From NCBI GenBank assembly GCA_032718475.1, contig JAUCBJ010009007.1:1-42225 (forward strand): a stretch of 42,225 nucleotides of DNA, given 5' to 3'. The notes beneath the pieces are model-generated. The model worked only from the letters and a program-made list of their open reading frames with translations. It ran no database searches and had not been told where the DNA came from. A program made the position numbers and the translations under genes. Shown here piece after piece: positions 39,069-42,225 of the stretch. Source of the stretch: Nemertoderma westbladi. Taxonomy: Eukaryota; Animalia; Xenacoelomorpha. Each line of letters starts with the position of its first letter. The stretch's first letter is position 1.

Positions 39069-41450
39069 TTATAATGTTTCATTATCAAGTATACAGTTAC
39101 AAATTATAGCGGTTGATCGATTTTGTACTACCTTATTTACTAAATTTGACAAGCCTTCTGGCTTTTGTTTCAAAATGAACTTATGGTCTAGTGCAGAGCG
39201 CAGTGAAGCCCTCTTTTCGAAATCCCTAATCAAACAACTCTCAACAAAATCCCTCATTTCTGGAGAGCTATCAGCTGAACAGGTTGGCCGTGGACCCTCA
39301 ATGATCTCTAACTTTTGTTGTTCGAGATTTTCCAGACTGAAAGGAAATTTTCCGGTTGAGAACTCGACCAACATGACACCGAGAGACCAAACATCTGCTC
39401 GAACGTCACTGACTCCATTGCGGTTGTTGCATAAGCCAAGCCGCTCTGGTGCCGCATACAACCGCACATGTGAGCACTCTTGAACCTCTTCTTCCAATGT
39501 TGTGCTTCTCAACCATCCTTCTATCCCGAAATCGGTCAGTTTTATTTCTCCTTTTTCGTTGATAATTATGGTGGATGGTTTTATTAATAGGGAGGATACG
39601 ATATCCAATGAAGTAGTCCTGATATTGTAAAGACATTCCAGAGCTTTGAGGACTGAGTAAGCGAACCATCCCAAGAAGTGATTTTTATTGACTGGCGTAT
39701 TTCGACAATCGTTATTGAATTGCTGGTCTGGTGTGTCATTACTGAAGAAGTTGTCCTGAATATATTTGAATAATTCATCCAGAGTCATAGCTATCTTCGA
39801 TGTTTCAGTGCATATTACATACATGGGTATCAGGTCCTTTTTCAACCCCATCGGCACGAAATTAATGAATGCACCATGGAATTCAACAATATATGGGCAG
39901 CTCACACTATGCAACTTCATCAATGAATCAATCTCTTCAATCCTTAATTGATCTGCAGGACTCCTGTGATACACTATTACTGCCTTTATCTGCACATATT
40001 CCTGGGCCTCAGTGTGAAAGATCTCTTTTTCTTTAACTAATAAAGTTTTACAATCTTTATTATTACTTATCAACGTTTCCATTTCCCTATCGATCTGTCT
40101 TCGAAAATCGATTAGAATTGGGTATACTTTACCTTTAATGTTCAATAATTTCTTGTCATCGTACAAATATCGGTAATGTGCTTCATTCGTAGCCTCGGCA
40201 ACAGTGGTATTCTGTTGTTGCCTTTTAAAGATCTCAGCCGATACCTTTTCTACCAACTCTGGCAAGCCTTCAGGCTTATGTTTCAAGAGGAACTTATGGT
40301 GTAGTGCAGATTTCAGTGAATGCCTCTTTTTGATTTTCTTTATCAAACAACGACCAACAAAATCCTTCATTCCTGGAGAGCTATCAGCTGAACAGGTTGG
40401 CCGTGGACCCTCAATGATCTCTGACTTTTGTTGCTTGAGATTTTCAAGACTGAAAGGAAATTTCCCGGTTGAGAACTCTACCAACATGACACCGAGAGAC
40501 CAAATATCTTCAGACACTCGCTTTCGGTTGTTGGATTTACTAAGGCGTTCTGGTGCCGTATACAAACGCTCATGTGAGTACTCATCAACCTCTTCTTCCA
40601 ACCATCCTTCTATGCCGAAATCTGTCAGCTTTATTTCTCCTTTTTCGTTGATAATTATTGTGGATGGTTTTATTAAGAGGAAGGCTTCGAGAACATCAAA
40701 TATTGTACTGATATTGTAAAGATATTCCAAAGCTTTGAGAACTGAGTAAGCAATCCATCCCAAGAAATTGTTTTTATTGACTAATTTATTTCGGCGATGA
40801 ATATCGAGAAGTCGGTACCGAGTGTCGTTGCAAGGGGTAACCCGAGTGTCGCTAATGAAAAAGTCGACAGGGATATTTTTGAAAAAGTCCTCCAGAGACA
40901 TTTTCTGAAATTCCGTGCATATTACACACATTGGTATCCACGGCAGCTGCCATGTCTTCGATTTCTTTGTAACATCAGCTACGGGAGTTATGAATGTGCC
41001 ATAGAAATCTACAATGTATGGGCATCGCACACTCTCGACCTTCATTAGTTCATCTATGCGTTTGATGATTTGTTTATCTGGAAACGTCTTGCTCGACGCA
41101 TTTATCACCTTTAGGTGCACAAAGTCCTGAGTAGCAGTATGGAAGATATTATATTCTGAGGAAGTTTGATGATCTTCTTTATTTAGCAACCTCGCAATAA
41201 CAACCTTACTGATTTCTTTTCGGAAATATTCTAGAATTGGATATTCTTTTCCTTTAATGGTTAGGCTATTTTTTATTAGGCCCGTTTCAAATTTAACATC
41301 AGCATAAATGGGTGTGTTTCTTTCCCAGATATGGTGTGCCGGCGAAGATGATACATGAGGCGTGTGGTCGTGGCCATTAACTACAGTATTTAATCGAAGA
41401 AGTATACAGTACCTACAGTACTTTGATTTTATTGGTTCTATCACTAACAT
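39069..41450 (-). CDS. Tandem double-domain MAP2K-like pseudokinase (793-codon open frame; true start uncertain)
   Basis: Two domains, each with L(T/N)IKGKxY, CPYIV(D/E)F(Y/H)G, IKLTDFGIEG, APERL and WSLGVMLVEFSTGKFPF; both have LLIKPSTI in place of HRDxKPSN. Confidence 0.85.
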   Translation of the reverse strand: MLVIEPIKSKYCRYCILLRLNTVVNGHDHTPHVSSSPAHHIWERNTPIYADVKFETGLIKNSLTIKGKEYPILEYFRKEISKVVIARLLNKEDHQTSSEYNIFHTATQDFVHLKVINASSKTFPDKQIIKRIDELMKVESVRCPYIVDFYGTFITPVADVTKKSKTWQLPWIPMCVICTEFQKMSLEDFFKNIPVDFFISDTRVTPCNDTRYRLLDIHRRNKLVNKNNFLGWIAYSVLKALEYLYNISTIFDVLEAFLLIKPSTIIINEKGEIKLTDFGIEGWLEEEVDEYSHERLYTAPERLSKSNNRKRVSEDIWSLGVMLVEFSTGKFPFSLENLKQQKSEIIEGPRPTCSADSSPGMKDFVGRCLIKKIKKRHSLKSALHHKFLLKHKPEGLPELVEKVSAEIFKRQQQNTTVAEATNEAHYRYLYDDKKLLNIKGKVYPILIDFRRQIDREMETLISNNKDCKTLLVKEKEIFHTEAQEYVQIKAVIVYHRSPADQLRIEEIDSLMKLHSVSCPYIVEFHGAFINFVPMGLKKDLIPMYVICTETSKIAMTLDELFKYIQDNFFSNDTPDQQFNNDCRNTPVNKNHFLGWFAYSVLKALECLYNIRTTSLDIVSSLLIKPSTIIINEKGEIKLTDFGIEGWLRSTTLEEEVQECSHVRLYAAPERLGLCNNRNGVSDVRADVWSLGVMLVEFSTGKFPFSLENLEQQKLEIIEGPRPTCSADSSPEMRDFVESCLIRDFEKRASLRSALDHKFILKQKPEGLSNLVNKVVQNRSTAIICNCILDNETL

Positions 41451-41917
41451 AACTTGTTGTGACTGCTGTTACTCTTTGGAACGGTTTGCCCACGAGCTGT
41501 TATAGATTGTACTCACGTAGATATTGAACTATTTCTTTTACAAAAAGAAAGTACTATTTATACTATACGCATTAATAAATGCGGATACAATCATACAAAT
41601 CATACTAATCTCCATTTATCCAGCAATCTAACGGTATTTTGGTTTACTGAATATGACCTTGGGTTAGAATTTTATACAGTTTTTTTTCTACTACTAGCAC
41701 TTTGGACCCCGGACATTGAAAATTTTATTTTTTGACCATATTAAGTTCTGCTGTGGGAAGATATTATGTCTGTTTAAGCTGAAATTAATTCCACCATTAG
41801 AGGAACAATCACACCGTGTGATACTACCGGGGATGGAACCGTTCCGCCGTGTGGGTGGATAGATGGTCCAACATCCCCCATGTGCTCGCGAAGCGAAGTG
41901 TTAATTATTTTGTTGTA

Positions 41918-42106
41918 CTACCAATGTACTGCGTGTACTGTAATTCCACAATTAATACTGCTAGGCCTGCTGCTAGAACTTCCAAGTCCTTCATAATAAA
42001 TGCGGCTATCGCTCTCAGCTTCATTAGGAACCGGCCGACTCCATTCAAAAATGTCCTTGGAAGTGTTATCTTCTCTATTTTCCAATGTGTTATTCACCCC
42101 CGCCAT
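41918..42106 (-). CDS. Probable first coding exon of the tandem pseudokinase gene
   Basis: Starts ATGGCGGGGGTGAATAAC (MAGVNN), identical to the start of the 30727-31926 gene; splice donor not determined. Confidence 0.45.
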   Translation of the reverse strand: MAGVNNTLENREDNTSKDIFEWSRPVPNEAESDSRIYYEGLGSSSSRPSSINCGITVHAVHW

Positions 42107-42225
42107 ATAGCTAAAGTATATTTTCGTTGGCTATTTTGGCTATTTCATATGAATTTTACTATATTTAACAAAATGAAGGATAACTACATAAGTATTTGGT
42201 TACATTATGTCACTAAAAATTTATG

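Overview
AT-rich, repeat-dense eukaryotic DNA, most likely from an invertebrate animal; no prokaryotic features were seen. The centre holds the 3' part of a BEL/Pao LTR retrotransposon on the minus strand (LTR 14414-14953, polypurine tract, open integrase/DUF5641 frame). Its 5' half is replaced by the intronless first part of a WDR5 gene. In the env position it carries a 21-unit hairpin array followed by an accessory ORF of about 845 codons; repairing two frameshifts gives a WRN/EXD-type DEDDy 3'-5' exonuclease fused to three CCHC zinc knuckles. The right third holds two long open MAP2K (MKK7/MKK4-like) ORFs with three kinase domains, all lacking the HRD aspartate and the Gly-rich loop. It also holds two plus-strand exons of a DPxTG-repeat protein and an Academ-like foldback transposon. 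The rest is MITEs (hAT, Tc1/mariner, PIF/Harbinger, Mutator-like), RTE-type LINE and SINE fragments, composite elements with variable cargo, and minisatellites. All calls come from reading the sequence by eye; no searches were run and repeat boundaries may be off by a few bases.
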